From the NCBI GenBank assembly GCA_031364805.1, contig JANLWW010000060.1:49867-113866 (forward strand): 64,000 nucleotides of DNA, read 5' to 3'. Made by a program: the position numbers and the translations under genes. Source of the stretch: Acidobacteriota bacterium. Its GTDB lineage: Bacteria; Acidobacteriota; Vicinamibacteria; Vicinamibacterales; UBA2999. The notes under the pieces were generated by a model that was not told where the DNA came from, searched no databases, and was given only the letters and a program-made list of their open reading frames with translations. Positions 35,175-44,202 of the stretch are shown in pieces; within the stretch, counting starts at the first letter, position 1; the number at the start of each line of letters is the position of its first letter.

Positions 35175-36605
35175 CTATTTCCGATAGTCCAGAGCGGGCT
35201 TTCGGTCCGCCAGCCTGGTCGAGTAAATGAAGTTCGGTCCGCGTCGCTTGTCGAATTCCTCCCGCGCCTTGGCGATGTGCGTGGGGTCGGAGAACAGATC
35301 GATCGCCATCAGGCTCATCGACTTGGCAGCCACCATCATGCCCTTGGCGCCAATCGACATGCCGCCGGCCGCCACCGCTTGCCAGCTGTGGGCCGGTGTA
35401 CCTGGAACCCACGTCGCCGCAGTCAGCTGCACCGTCGGCACGCGCCAGCTGATGTCGCCGAGGTCGGTGGAGGCGCTGCCGATGCCGGCCTCCGGGGCGA
35501 ACACCGAGTTGGCACTGTCGATCGGCGGCAATTCGCCCTCGAGCGACTTGCGAATGCCTTCCGCGAACTGGAGCTCAGCCGGCGTGTATTCATAGCCGCC
35601 GACCTTGCGCAGGTTCTCTTGCATCAGGCCAACGAGGTAACTATTCGGCAACACATTCCATACCGCGCCGGTCAGCTCCAGTTCCATGGTCGTGCCGGTC
35701 CCGAGCGCGGCTCCGCGCGCCGCGTTGGTAATGCGCTCCCAGATGCCTTCGAGCACCCGCATATCGTTGTGACGCGCGTAGTAGTACGCCTCCGCGAAGT
35801 CGGGAACGACATTCGGCGCGCGGCCGCCGTTGGTGATCACGTAGTGGATGCGTGAGTCGGAGGGCACGTGCTCGCGCATCAGGTTCACCATGGCGTTCAT
35901 CGCCTCGACGCCGTCGAGCGCCGAGCGGCCGCGATCGGGCGCGGTGGAGGCATGCGCCGACAGACCGCGGAACCGGAACTTGCCGGTGATATTGGCGAGC
36001 GTGCTCGACGCGCTCGACGCATTGCGATCACCAGGATGCATCGTCACCACCGCATCGACATCGTCAAAGAGGCCGGCGCGGAGCATGTAGACCTTGCCGG
36101 CGCCGCCTTCTTCGGCCGGTGTGCCATAGAAGCGCAAGGTGCCGGACCGCTGGTTGGCGATCAGCCACTCTTTCACGGCGATGGCCGACGCAGTGGCGGC
36201 GGTGCCAAACAGGTGGTGCCCGCAGCCGTGTCCCGCGCCTTCGGGCACCAGCGCGCGACGATCCGCTTCGGCCGCCTGCGACAGGCCGGGCAAGGCGTCG
36301 AACTCGCCGATGATTCCGATCACCGGCTTGCCCGATCCCCACGTGGCGGTGAACGCGGTGGGAATTTCTGCGACGCCGGCGTTGACGGTGAAGCCGGCCG
36401 CCTTCAGTTGCTCCTGCAACAACGCGCTGCTCCTGGTTTCCTGGTAGCCGACCTCGGCGAACGACCAGATCTTCTGCGCGACGTCGCGATAGACAGCCGC
36501 CTTCTGATCGATCGATGCCATCACCGCGTTGGCATCCATCGTCTGGGCCGAGCCGGACGAGGCGCCGAGCAGGAGGGCAGCAACTACCGTCGCAATCCGC
36601 TTCAT
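35175..36605 (-). CDS. M20 family amidohydrolase (AbgB-like), secreted
   Basis: Signal peptide; GEFDALPG, GHGCGHHL metal-binding pattern; paralog of the genes at 44203 and 45824. Confidence 0.8.
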   Translation of the reverse strand: MKRIATVVAALLLGASSGSAQTMDANAVMASIDQKAAVYRDVAQKIWSFAEVGYQETRSSALLQEQLKAAGFTVNAGVAEIPTAFTATWGSGKPVIGIIGEFDALPGLSQAAEADRRALVPEGAGHGCGHHLFGTAATASAIAVKEWLIANQRSGTLRFYGTPAEEGGAGKVYMLRAGLFDDVDAVVTMHPGDRNASSASSTLANITGKFRFRGLSAHASTAPDRGRSALDGVEAMNAMVNLMREHVPSDSRIHYVITNGGRAPNVVPDFAEAYYYARHNDMRVLEGIWERITNAARGAALGTGTTMELELTGAVWNVLPNSYLVGLMQENLRKVGGYEYTPAELQFAEGIRKSLEGELPPIDSANSVFAPEAGIGSASTDLGDISWRVPTVQLTAATWVPGTPAHSWQAVAAGGMSIGAKGMMVAAKSMSLMAIDLFSDPTHIAKAREEFDKRRGPNFIYSTRLADRKPALDYRK

Positions 36606-37567
36606 GCGAGCAATCTCCTTGAGAGGACGGACCAGACCGCGTACGACAAGCGCTGGCGATCGTGGCGCGCGATCTCCGAGCGCCAGAATTCGCCGGTCAC
36701 GACTTCAGTGCCGGCCGGCGGCTGGCCAATGGCGAGCGGATGCTTGTGTTCGGCCGCATACTTGGCGAGGGCTTCTGCCGAGGGCTGGCCCTCGTTGGCA
36801 ATCACGACATCGACGGGCCGGCCGATCGTGCGGCTAACCCACGACACCTCGTCGGCCGCGGTGAAGCCGTTCATGCCCTGGCCTTCGGTCAACAAGTTGG
36901 TGACGAGCACGATTGGCCCTTTGACGTCGGCCAGCACCTCAGCGACGCCATCGACCAGTAGCGTGGGCAACAAGCTGGTGAAGAAGCTGCCGGGGCCAAT
37001 CACCACCGCGTCGAAGGTGCCGATGGCAGCCTTGACGCCGGAGTGGATTTGCGCCGGTGGCTCGAGCCACAGCCTGGTGACCAGGTGGCCACGCGCGTGT
37101 CCGGCATCGACTTCCACTTCGCCGCGAGTCACCTGCCCGTCGGCATACTCGGCGCACAGCGTGGCTTGTTCGACGCTCACCGGCCAGACGTAGCCGCGAC
37201 ACCCCAGTAATGCGCGAAGGCCATCCACAGCGGCGAGAAAATCGCCGCTGTAGCGTTCCATCATCGACAGCAGCAGGTTGCCACCGGTGTGCCCCCCCAG
37301 ACGGGCGTGCTCGAGCGTCGGCAGTCGCGCCAGCAGCACCCGGCGCGCTTCGCCTTCGTTGCGCGACAGCGCCAGCGCGCAGCGCAACACGTCTCCGGGT
37401 GGCAACACGCCAAGCTCATCACGAAGCTGGCCGGAACTGCCGCCGGAGTCGAACATGGTGACCACGGCGTTGAGGCGCAGCCAGGGATTGCGCTTGAGGC
37501 CGCCGAGCAAGCTCGGCAGGCCGGTGCCGCCACCAAAACATCCCAGATTGATTTCGCGAAGACGCAT
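36602..37567 (-). CDS. YvcK/CofD family protein (gluconeogenesis factor-like)
   Basis: INLGCFGGGTGLPSLLGGLK start motif; ATGA overlap with the downstream M20 gene. Confidence 0.8.
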   Translation of the reverse strand: MRLREINLGCFGGGTGLPSLLGGLKRNPWLRLNAVVTMFDSGGSSGQLRDELGVLPPGDVLRCALALSRNEGEARRVLLARLPTLEHARLGGHTGGNLLLSMMERYSGDFLAAVDGLRALLGCRGYVWPVSVEQATLCAEYADGQVTRGEVEVDAGHARGHLVTRLWLEPPAQIHSGVKAAIGTFDAVVIGPGSFFTSLLPTLLVDGVAEVLADVKGPIVLVTNLLTEGQGMNGFTAADEVSWVSRTIGRPVDVVIANEGQPSAEALAKYAAEHKHPLAIGQPPAGTEVVTGEFWRSEIARHDRQRLSYAVWSVLSRRLLA

Positions 37568-37607
37568 ATTCGAACAGCTGACCCGGAAGAGTCGTATTCT
37601 ACAAGAG

Positions 37608-38303
37608 ATGGACAGTCTGCACGGCGGGCCTCTCACAGCCACGCTTCACGATCTCCAACACATCTTCGGCGACCGGCTCGAGGCGTTTGTCGCCTATGGC
37701 CAGCCGCACGCCGCGCCGGCACCGAGCGTCGCCCTGGTGCGCACGCTGACGAGCGACGATCTCTCCGCGTGCGCCGCGCGGGCGGCGTCGTGGCATCGCG
37801 CCGGCAGCGCCACGCCGCTGTTGCTGACGCGCGACGAGTTTGCCGGGTCGCTCGACGCCTTTCCGGTGGAGTACGGCGAGATCATCGACACGCACCGGCT
37901 GCTGTTCGGTATCGACCCGTTCGCGGGCCTGACCATTCGCGCTGAAGATCTGCGGCGCGCGTGCGAGGTGCAGGTCAAGAGCCACCTGCTGCACCTGCGC
38001 GAAGACTTCGTCGAATGCGGGGGCCGGCCGTCGGCGGTCGCCGCGCTGGTCGGCGACTCGGCGCCGGCGTTTGCGCTGCTGCTGCGGCGGCTGGCGCAGC
38101 TGGACGGTCACGCGGCGGCGACGCTGGTCGATCTCGGCGCGTATGCCGAGCGCCGTCCGGGTCTCGACCCGCGCGTGGTGGGCGACGTCCTGGCGCTGAC
38201 CTCGGGCCCGGCGTCGGGCGTTGACGCATCGCGGTTGTTCACGGCCTATGTGGCCGCGGTCGAACGACTCGCGCACTTCATCGATACATGGAAACTGGCG
38301 TGA
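37608..38303 (+). CDS. hypothetical protein
   Basis: ATG at 37608 in the ORF 37278..38303 frame; coding-like; no motif recognised; overlaps the TPM gene start by 16 nt. Confidence 0.5.
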   Translation: MDSLHGGPLTATLHDLQHIFGDRLEAFVAYGQPHAAPAPSVALVRTLTSDDLSACAARAASWHRAGSATPLLLTRDEFAGSLDAFPVEYGEIIDTHRLLFGIDPFAGLTIRAEDLRRACEVQVKSHLLHLREDFVECGGRPSAVAALVGDSAPAFALLLRRLAQLDGHAAATLVDLGAYAERRPGLDPRVVGDVLALTSGPASGVDASRLFTAYVAAVERLAHFIDTWKLA

Positions 38304-39121
38304 TCACGCTCGCCGTGTCCCGCCCCCGCCCCGGGCGATGGCGGGGACTTCGCCCGCTGTGTCTCGCTCTGGCGCTCGTCGCGTGCGCGCTGCCGGCGCG
38401 CGCCCAGACCCCGCCGCCCGAGCTGAGCGCGCCGGTCAACGATTTCGCCAACGTGATCGATGGCGCGTCCGAACAGGCAATCGAAACGCTGATCCGGCAG
38501 TTGCAGGCGGCCAGCGGCGACGTGCTGGTCATCGCCACCGTGAAGACCTATCAGCCGTGGGCAGACTTGAAGTCGTACGCCGTTCAGATGTTCGAGAACG
38601 GCGGCAAGGGTATTGGTGTCAAGGGTCAGGACAACGGCGTCCTGCTCGTGCTGGCGCTCGACGACCGGCAGGTGTGGATCGAATCGGGGTACGGCCTCGA
38701 GGGATTCATCACTGACGGCTTCGCCGGGGAAACCAGCCGCGCGATGGTGCCGTTCTTCCGAAGCGGCGATTACGGGCGCGGGCTGCTCGCGGGCGCCACC
38801 ACCGTCGCACAGCGCGTGGCCCAGGGCCGCAACGTCACCCTCGACGTGGCCCCGATCCAGGCGCCGCGCGCCGAGCGCCGCGGGAGCAGTGGCGGCCGCT
38901 TTCCGGTCGGGCTGATCGTCATCCTGCTGATCATCTTCCTCAACATGATGGGCGGCGGACGCGGACGCGGCCTGCGGCGCGGTAACCGCTGGGTCAGCGG
39001 CGTCGGTCCATTCGGCGGCGGCTTCGGTGGCGGTGGCAGTTGGGGTGGCGGCGGTGGTGGCTTCGGCGGCGGTTTCGGCGGTGGCCGCTCGGGCGGCGGT
39101 GGCGGCGGCGCTGGCTGGTAA
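38288..39121 (+). CDS. TPM domain protein (YgcG-like) with Gly-rich C-terminus
   Basis: LSAPVNDFANVID...VLVIATVKT...GVLLVLALDDRQVWIESGYGLEG; TM helix; GGFGGGGSWGGGGGGFGGGFGGG tail. Confidence 0.8.
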   Translation: METGVITLAVSRPRPGRWRGLRPLCLALALVACALPARAQTPPPELSAPVNDFANVIDGASEQAIETLIRQLQAASGDVLVIATVKTYQPWADLKSYAVQMFENGGKGIGVKGQDNGVLLVLALDDRQVWIESGYGLEGFITDGFAGETSRAMVPFFRSGDYGRGLLAGATTVAQRVAQGRNVTLDVAPIQAPRAERRGSSGGRFPVGLIVILLIIFLNMMGGGRGRGLRRGNRWVSGVGPFGGGFGGGGSWGGGGGGFGGGFGGGRSGGGGGGAGW

Positions 39122-39124
39122 GAC

Positions 39125-39152
39125 GCGAACGGCGAATGGCGAAAAGCGAATT
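39125..39152 (+). repeat. tandem heptamer GCGAANN x4
   Basis: GCGAACG GCGAATG GCGAAAA GCGAATT, lying between the TPM stop (39121) and the lemA start (39170). Confidence 0.9.
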
Positions 39153-39169
39153 CTGATAGAAAGGTAGCT

Positions 39170-39745
39170 ATGAAGACTCTGAAGCGAATGCTCGTGGTTG
39201 TGGCCCTGGTCGGTTCGGCTGTCGCGACGTCGGGCTGTTCGTACAACAAGTTCGTCAGCCAGGAAGAAGCGATCAAGACGCAGTGGGCGCAGGTCGAGAA
39301 CCAGCTCCAGCGGCGCAACGACCTGATTCCAAACCTGGTGGAAACCACCAAGGGGTTTGCCCAACAGGAAAAGGACGTCTTCCAGGCCATTGCCGACTCG
39401 CGGGCGAAGCTGGCGGGAGCGACCACGACCGACCAGAAGATGGCGGCCGCCAACGAACAAACGTCGGCGCTGGCCCGGCTGCTCGTGGTGGTCGAGAACT
39501 ATCCCGTCCTCAAGTCGGACGCGACGTTCGCCCGGCTGATGGACGAGTTGGCCGGCACCGAGAACCGTATTGCGGTCGAGCGCATGCGTTACAACGAGAC
39601 CATCCAGGTTTACAACACGGGCCGCCGCCAGTTCCCGGGCAACATTACGGCCGGGATTTTCGGCTTCAAGGACGACTACAAGCTGTTTGAGGCACCGCCC
39701 GAGGCGAAAGTTGCGCCGAAAGTCGAGTTTACGAAGAAACCGTAA
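39170..39745 (+). CDS. lemA: LemA family protein
   Basis: QWAQVENQLQRRNDLIPNLVETTKG...RMRYNE...FPGNI matches the LemA pattern. Confidence 0.9.
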   Translation: MKTLKRMLVVVALVGSAVATSGCSYNKFVSQEEAIKTQWAQVENQLQRRNDLIPNLVETTKGFAQQEKDVFQAIADSRAKLAGATTTDQKMAAANEQTSALARLLVVVENYPVLKSDATFARLMDELAGTENRIAVERMRYNETIQVYNTGRRQFPGNITAGIFGFKDDYKLFEAPPEAKVAPKVEFTKKP

Positions 39746-39746
39746 G

Positions 39747-39768
39747 GGAAGGGGGGCAACCCCCTTCC
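39747..39768 (+). terminator. GC-rich hairpin with GNRA loop after lemA
   Basis: GGAAGGGGG-GCAA-CCCCCTTCC, perfect 9-bp stem, 2 nt after the stop; no U tract. Confidence 0.5.
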
Positions 39769-39805
39769 AACCCTTCCTTCCCTCCCATCATCCAACCAGA
39801 CGCTG

Positions 39806-40324
39806 GTGGACGACGTTGCCCTTGCGACCGAAGGGGATGCGGCGGCTTTCGAGCGGGTCTACCGGGCTCATATGCCGCGCATTTTCAACCTCGCGCGACG
39901 CATGGCCGGTCCCGACGCAGCCGACGAGCTGACGCAGGACGTCTTTGTCCGCGCATGGCAGAAACTCGCCCTCTTTCGCGGTGAGTCGTCTTTTTCCACG
40001 TGGCTCCACCGCTTGGCGGTGAACGTGATCATCGAGCGATTTCGGACGCTCGGCACGGCCCGCGAGCGGTTCCTCGCCGATAGCGAGGCGGTGCTCGAGA
40101 TTGCGCACGCCAGGCGCACCAAGCACCTGGACCTGAGTATGGACCTGCAGGTCGCGATCGAACAGTTGCCGCACGGGGCGCGCACGGTGTTCGTGCTGCA
40201 CGACGTCGAGGGCTACAAGCACGCAGAGATTGGCGACATTCTCGGCGTGTCGGCGGGAACATCAAAATCGCAGCTGCATCGCGCACGGCAAACGTTGCGC
40301 GGGTTGCTCAGAAAAGAAGTGTAG
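39806..40324 (+). CDS. ECF-type RNA polymerase sigma factor
   Basis: Region 2 FERVYRAHMPRIFNLARRM...DVFVRAW; region 4 VFVLHDVEGYKHAEIGDILGVSAGTSKSQLHRAR. Confidence 0.85.
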   Translation: MDDVALATEGDAAAFERVYRAHMPRIFNLARRMAGPDAADELTQDVFVRAWQKLALFRGESSFSTWLHRLAVNVIIERFRTLGTARERFLADSEAVLEIAHARRTKHLDLSMDLQVAIEQLPHGARTVFVLHDVEGYKHAEIGDILGVSAGTSKSQLHRARQTLRGLLRKEV

Positions 40325-40339
40325 GGCAGAGACGACGCG

Positions 40340-40939
40340 ATGACGGACCAAGGACAGTTCGGAGAACGCGACCACGAGCCGCTCGGCGCCGACGACATCT
40401 TGTCGCAGGCGATCGAGCAGTGCCGCGACGAGATGCCGGCGCAGGACCTGTGGCCGGCGGTGTCGGCCCGGCTTGAGATCAAGTCCGCGCCACGCCGATC
40501 GCAGATCTCTTTGACCCTGCCGCAGCTCGCCCTGGCGGCGTCGCTGTTGATGGCAGTGGCGTCTGGCCTGACGTGGCTGGCCTCGCGCCAGCCGCTGGCG
40601 CCGGCCGAGGCGCAGCCGATGGTGGTCGCCCAGGGCGAATCTGCCGGCGAAGTCGAAGGCGGCATCGTCAACGCCAACTTCGCCGATGCACAGTTCAACG
40701 CCGCGGTCATCGACCTCGAACAGATTCTTCGCGATGAACGGGACCGGCTCGATCCGCGGACCGTGCTCGTGATTGAACGTAACTTGAAGACCATTGACCT
40801 TGCCATCCAGGAAGCGCGGATGGCGCTCAACGACGACCCCGCCAATGCGTATCTCAATTCCCATTTGGCCGACGCGCGGCGGCGCAAGCTTGACCTGCTG
40901 CGTCATGCCACGACGCTTGCGTCTGCTGGAGGAAACTAA
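40340..40939 (+). CDS. putative anti-sigma factor (single TM helix)
   Basis: Position directly after the ECF sigma gene; TM helix LALAASLLMAVASGLTWL; helical periplasmic part. Confidence 0.55.
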   Translation: MTDQGQFGERDHEPLGADDILSQAIEQCRDEMPAQDLWPAVSARLEIKSAPRRSQISLTLPQLALAASLLMAVASGLTWLASRQPLAPAEAQPMVVAQGESAGEVEGGIVNANFADAQFNAAVIDLEQILRDERDRLDPRTVLVIERNLKTIDLAIQEARMALNDDPANAYLNSHLADARRRKLDLLRHATTLASAGGN

Positions 40940-40942
40940 CCG

Positions 40943-42268
40943 ATGATTCGAATTCCCATTCGTGCCGACGGACCTGCAGGTCTGTCGATTCTGGCCGCCC
41001 TCCTGCTCGCGAGCGCGGCCCCGTTGTTCGCACAACCGCACGACGCGGCCGGTGATGCGCAGCAGCCAATCCAGGCCCGCCCGGGTGGCCCTGACACCAA
41101 CCCCAAGTCCGACCAGACGGTGGATGCCGTCAAGGGCACGAGACTGGTGCTCAGCAACAACGCCGGCGAAGTCGTCGTGCGGTCGTGGGATCAGGACAAG
41201 GTCCGCATCCAGGCCACCCACGGCGCCCGCGACACCGTGACCGCCGAGACCACCGACCTGACGCTGCGCATTCGCACGCGTTCGGCCCGCGGGCCGTCAG
41301 GACTGGTGGACTACCAGATCACTGTGCCGAAGTGGATGCCGGTTAACTTATCGGGCACCTATCTCGACGCCACCATCGAAGGCACGGCCGCCGAAGTCAC
41401 GGTTGAGACCGTGCACGGTAACGCGCGCGTCACCGGCGGCACCGGCTCGGTCACTGTCCGTTCGGTGGAGGGCATCATCACCATCGACAAGGCCAGCGGC
41501 CGCGTGCAGGCCACGACGGTCAACGAAGGCATTCGCGTCACTAACTCGACCGGTGAGATCACCGCCGAGACCACCAACGGCGACATCGTCATCGACAACG
41601 CACAGACGTCGAATCTCGAAGCCTCGACGGTGAACGGCGACCTGACGTTCAATGGCACGATCCGCGACAACGGTGTCTATCGCCTGACCACCCACGGCGG
41701 CGACATTCGTGTCGGATTGGGCGGCGCGGCCAACGCGACGATTTTCGTCCGCACGTTCCAGGGCGACTTCACCGCCGACTTCCCTATCCAGCTGCCTGAC
41801 GGCCAGACCGCCCGCAGCGGCAGCAAGCGCTTCAACTTCACGCTGGGCACCGGCAGCGCGCGCATCGAGGCGCAGTCGTTCAACGGCGACATCGTGCTGG
41901 CGCGCAAGGCCATCGTCAGCAAGGACGACGAACGCCAGCGCCGCCGCATGGGCACGCCGATGGCTCCGCCGGCGCCTCCCGCTCCACCCGCGCCCGGCGC
42001 GACGCCGGCACCCAAGCCGCCCAAGCCGCCGATGTGGGACGCGCAATGGGACACGGTGTTCGAACATGACTTCGACTTCGCGGAGTTCGAGACCCAGATG
42101 GAAGCGTTCGGTGAGAAGTTCGGCGCAGAGTTCGAAGCGAGCTTCGGCAAGAGTCTTGAGAAGGACTTCGAGAACAACTTCGAGAAGGGTTTTGAGCAGG
42201 GGATCAAGGGCTGGCTCAAGGGTTTCGGCGACAACTCGAAGGGCGGTCCGGTCAAGCCCAAGCAGTAA
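40943..42268 (+). CDS. DUF4097-like beta-strand repeat protein with Pro-rich and acidic tail
   Basis: Repeated units of type G.I.V....G.V.A.T.NG.I; signal peptide; PPAPPAPPAPGATPAPKPPKPP. Confidence 0.7.
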   Translation: MIRIPIRADGPAGLSILAALLLASAAPLFAQPHDAAGDAQQPIQARPGGPDTNPKSDQTVDAVKGTRLVLSNNAGEVVVRSWDQDKVRIQATHGARDTVTAETTDLTLRIRTRSARGPSGLVDYQITVPKWMPVNLSGTYLDATIEGTAAEVTVETVHGNARVTGGTGSVTVRSVEGIITIDKASGRVQATTVNEGIRVTNSTGEITAETTNGDIVIDNAQTSNLEASTVNGDLTFNGTIRDNGVYRLTTHGGDIRVGLGGAANATIFVRTFQGDFTADFPIQLPDGQTARSGSKRFNFTLGTGSARIEAQSFNGDIVLARKAIVSKDDERQRRRMGTPMAPPAPPAPPAPGATPAPKPPKPPMWDAQWDTVFEHDFDFAEFETQMEAFGEKFGAEFEASFGKSLEKDFENNFEKGFEQGIKGWLKGFGDNSKGGPVKPKQ

Positions 42269-42287
42269 GCGGATCTAGAATATCGGG

Positions 42288-42788
42288 ATGCCGCTGATCG
42301 ATTCGCTGCTGCCCGAGTTCGACCGAGAAATGGGTCAGACCCGCAAGGTGCTGGACCGGGTGCCGGACGGCCAGTTCGACTGGCGTCCGCACCCGACTAG
42401 CGTAACGCTCGGCCGCCTGGCCGAGCATCTCGCCGAAATGCCACTGTGGGCCACGACGACTATGGCCCAAAGCGAGCTCGACATGTTGACGGCGCGGCAG
42501 GTGGGCTACACCTCGCCCGGTACCCGCGCCGAGGTCCTGGCGATGTTCGACGGCAACCTCAAGACCGGCCGCACCAACCTGGTCAACAAGACCGACGGTG
42601 AATTCGACGCCCCCTGGAAGTTGAAGGCTGGCGGCAAGGAAGTGTTCACCATGCCGAAGGCGTCGGTCATGCGGTTCTTCGTGCTGAACCACATGGTGCA
42701 TCACCGCGGCCAGATGGCCGTCTACCTGCGCATGCTCGGCGTGAGGATTCCCTCGATTTACGGGCCATCGGGCGACGAACAAATGTAG
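42288..42788 (+). CDS. DinB family protein
   Basis: LAEHLAEMP...LNHMVHHRGQMAVYLR matches the DinB pattern. Confidence 0.75.
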   Translation: MPLIDSLLPEFDREMGQTRKVLDRVPDGQFDWRPHPTSVTLGRLAEHLAEMPLWATTTMAQSELDMLTARQVGYTSPGTRAEVLAMFDGNLKTGRTNLVNKTDGEFDAPWKLKAGGKEVFTMPKASVMRFFVLNHMVHHRGQMAVYLRMLGVRIPSIYGPSGDEQM

Positions 42789-42790
42789 GC

Positions 42791-42907
42791 CACCGATGTA
42801 GAACAGCCACAGATTAGGCGCCGAACAGACACAGACTAAGACAGGTCACTTCTTGAATCAGTGCTTAATCGGTGTCGAATCTGTGGCTGTCTTCAGGTAA
42901 TCTGCGG
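42791..42907 (+). repeat. intergenic element with interleaved inverted repeats and CAGATT-type units
   Basis: CACCGAT (42791-97) pairs with ATCGGTG (42868-74). ACAGCCACAGATT (42803-15) pairs with AATCTGTGGCTGT (42878-90). ACAGAC x2 at 42825-36. AATCTGCGG at 42899-907. Confidence 0.85.
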
Positions 42908-42910
42908 CCT

Positions 42911-44197
42911 ATGAACGCACCAGTATCCCGTCGCGACTTCGCCCGCCTGTTTGCTGTCGGTGGCTCGGCTGCGCTGTTCGCCGACCCGGTGTGGGCGAAG
43001 ACGGCGCCACAGGTGCCGGCGTTCAATCCCGGCACGGCGGGCTCGGGTGAAGCGTTCTGGAAGTCGGTGCGCGCGCAGTTTGTGATGCCGGCCGACCTCG
43101 GCGTGCTGAACGCCGCCAACCTCTGCCCCGCCTCGCGGCCCGTGCTCGAAGCGCTCCGGCGCGAAACCGACAGCGTCGACCGCGACCCGTCGGGCCAGAA
43201 TCGTGCGCGCCTCTCCGGCGAGAAAGAAAACACGCGCACTGCGCTCGCGACGTTCCTGCGGGTCACGCCGGAAGAAATTGTGATCACGCGCAACACCAGC
43301 GAGGCCAACAACATGGTCTCGAGCGGCCTCGACCTCAAGGCCGGCGATGAAGTGATCGTCTTTCACGACAACCACCCCAGCAACCTGGTGGCGTGGAACG
43401 AGAAAGCCAAGCGCTTCGGCTTCACCGTCGTCGAGATCGCCCAGAAGAACCCGCACCCCGGGATGGAGTACTACCTGGATGCCTACAAGAAGGCGATCAC
43501 CCCGAAGACCAAGATCCTGACATTCACGCATCTCACCAGCTCGGTCGGCGACCTGTTTCCGGCCAAGGAACTGTGCGCCATAGCGAAGGAACATGGCGTC
43601 ATGTCGCTCGTGGACGGCGCGCAGACGTTCGGCTTGCTCGACGTTAATCTGGCCGACATCTCGCCAGACTTCTACACCGGCAGCTCGCACAAGTGGCCGT
43701 GCGGCGCGCGCGAATGCGGCGTGCTCTTCATCAACGCGCGGACCCACACGAAGATCTGGCCCTCAATCTACAGCGCTTATCCAGGAGCGGTCGGCATCGC
43801 GAAAACGTTCGAAAGCTTCGGCCAGCGCGACGAGGCGACGATGATCGCGCTGCGCGAAGCGCTGGAGTTCCAGGCCAGGGTCGGCCGGGCCGCCATCGAG
43901 CAGCGCTCACGGGCGCTGGCGAATCAGCTGATCGCCGGGCTCTCGAAGCTGCCAGAGGTAAAGGTGTGGACGTCGCCCAATCCGGCGTTGAACGCCGCGG
44001 TCGTCTCGTTCCAGCCCGGCTCGCTGAACGCGGCGACGCTAGGTCAAGTGCTGTATGAGAAGGACAAGATCGGCACCGCAGGACGCGGCCCCAACGATCG
44101 CGGCGGGCTGCGCGCCTCCCCGCACTTCTACAACAGCCCCGAAGAGATCGATCGCCTCGTCGGGGCTGTTGCCAAGTACTTGAAGTCGGGAGTCTAG
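42911..44197 (+). CDS. class V-fold PLP-dependent aminotransferase/epimerase-like enzyme with Tat signal
   Basis: MNAPVSRRDFARLFAVGGSAALFA twin-arginine signal; SSHKW PLP-lysine motif. Confidence 0.8.
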   Translation: MNAPVSRRDFARLFAVGGSAALFADPVWAKTAPQVPAFNPGTAGSGEAFWKSVRAQFVMPADLGVLNAANLCPASRPVLEALRRETDSVDRDPSGQNRARLSGEKENTRTALATFLRVTPEEIVITRNTSEANNMVSSGLDLKAGDEVIVFHDNHPSNLVAWNEKAKRFGFTVVEIAQKNPHPGMEYYLDAYKKAITPKTKILTFTHLTSSVGDLFPAKELCAIAKEHGVMSLVDGAQTFGLLDVNLADISPDFYTGSSHKWPCGARECGVLFINARTHTKIWPSIYSAYPGAVGIAKTFESFGQRDEATMIALREALEFQARVGRAAIEQRSRALANQLIAGLSKLPEVKVWTSPNPALNAAVVSFQPGSLNAATLGQVLYEKDKIGTAGRGPNDRGGLRASPHFYNSPEEIDRLVGAVAKYLKSGV

Positions 44198-44202
44198 CCC
44201 GC

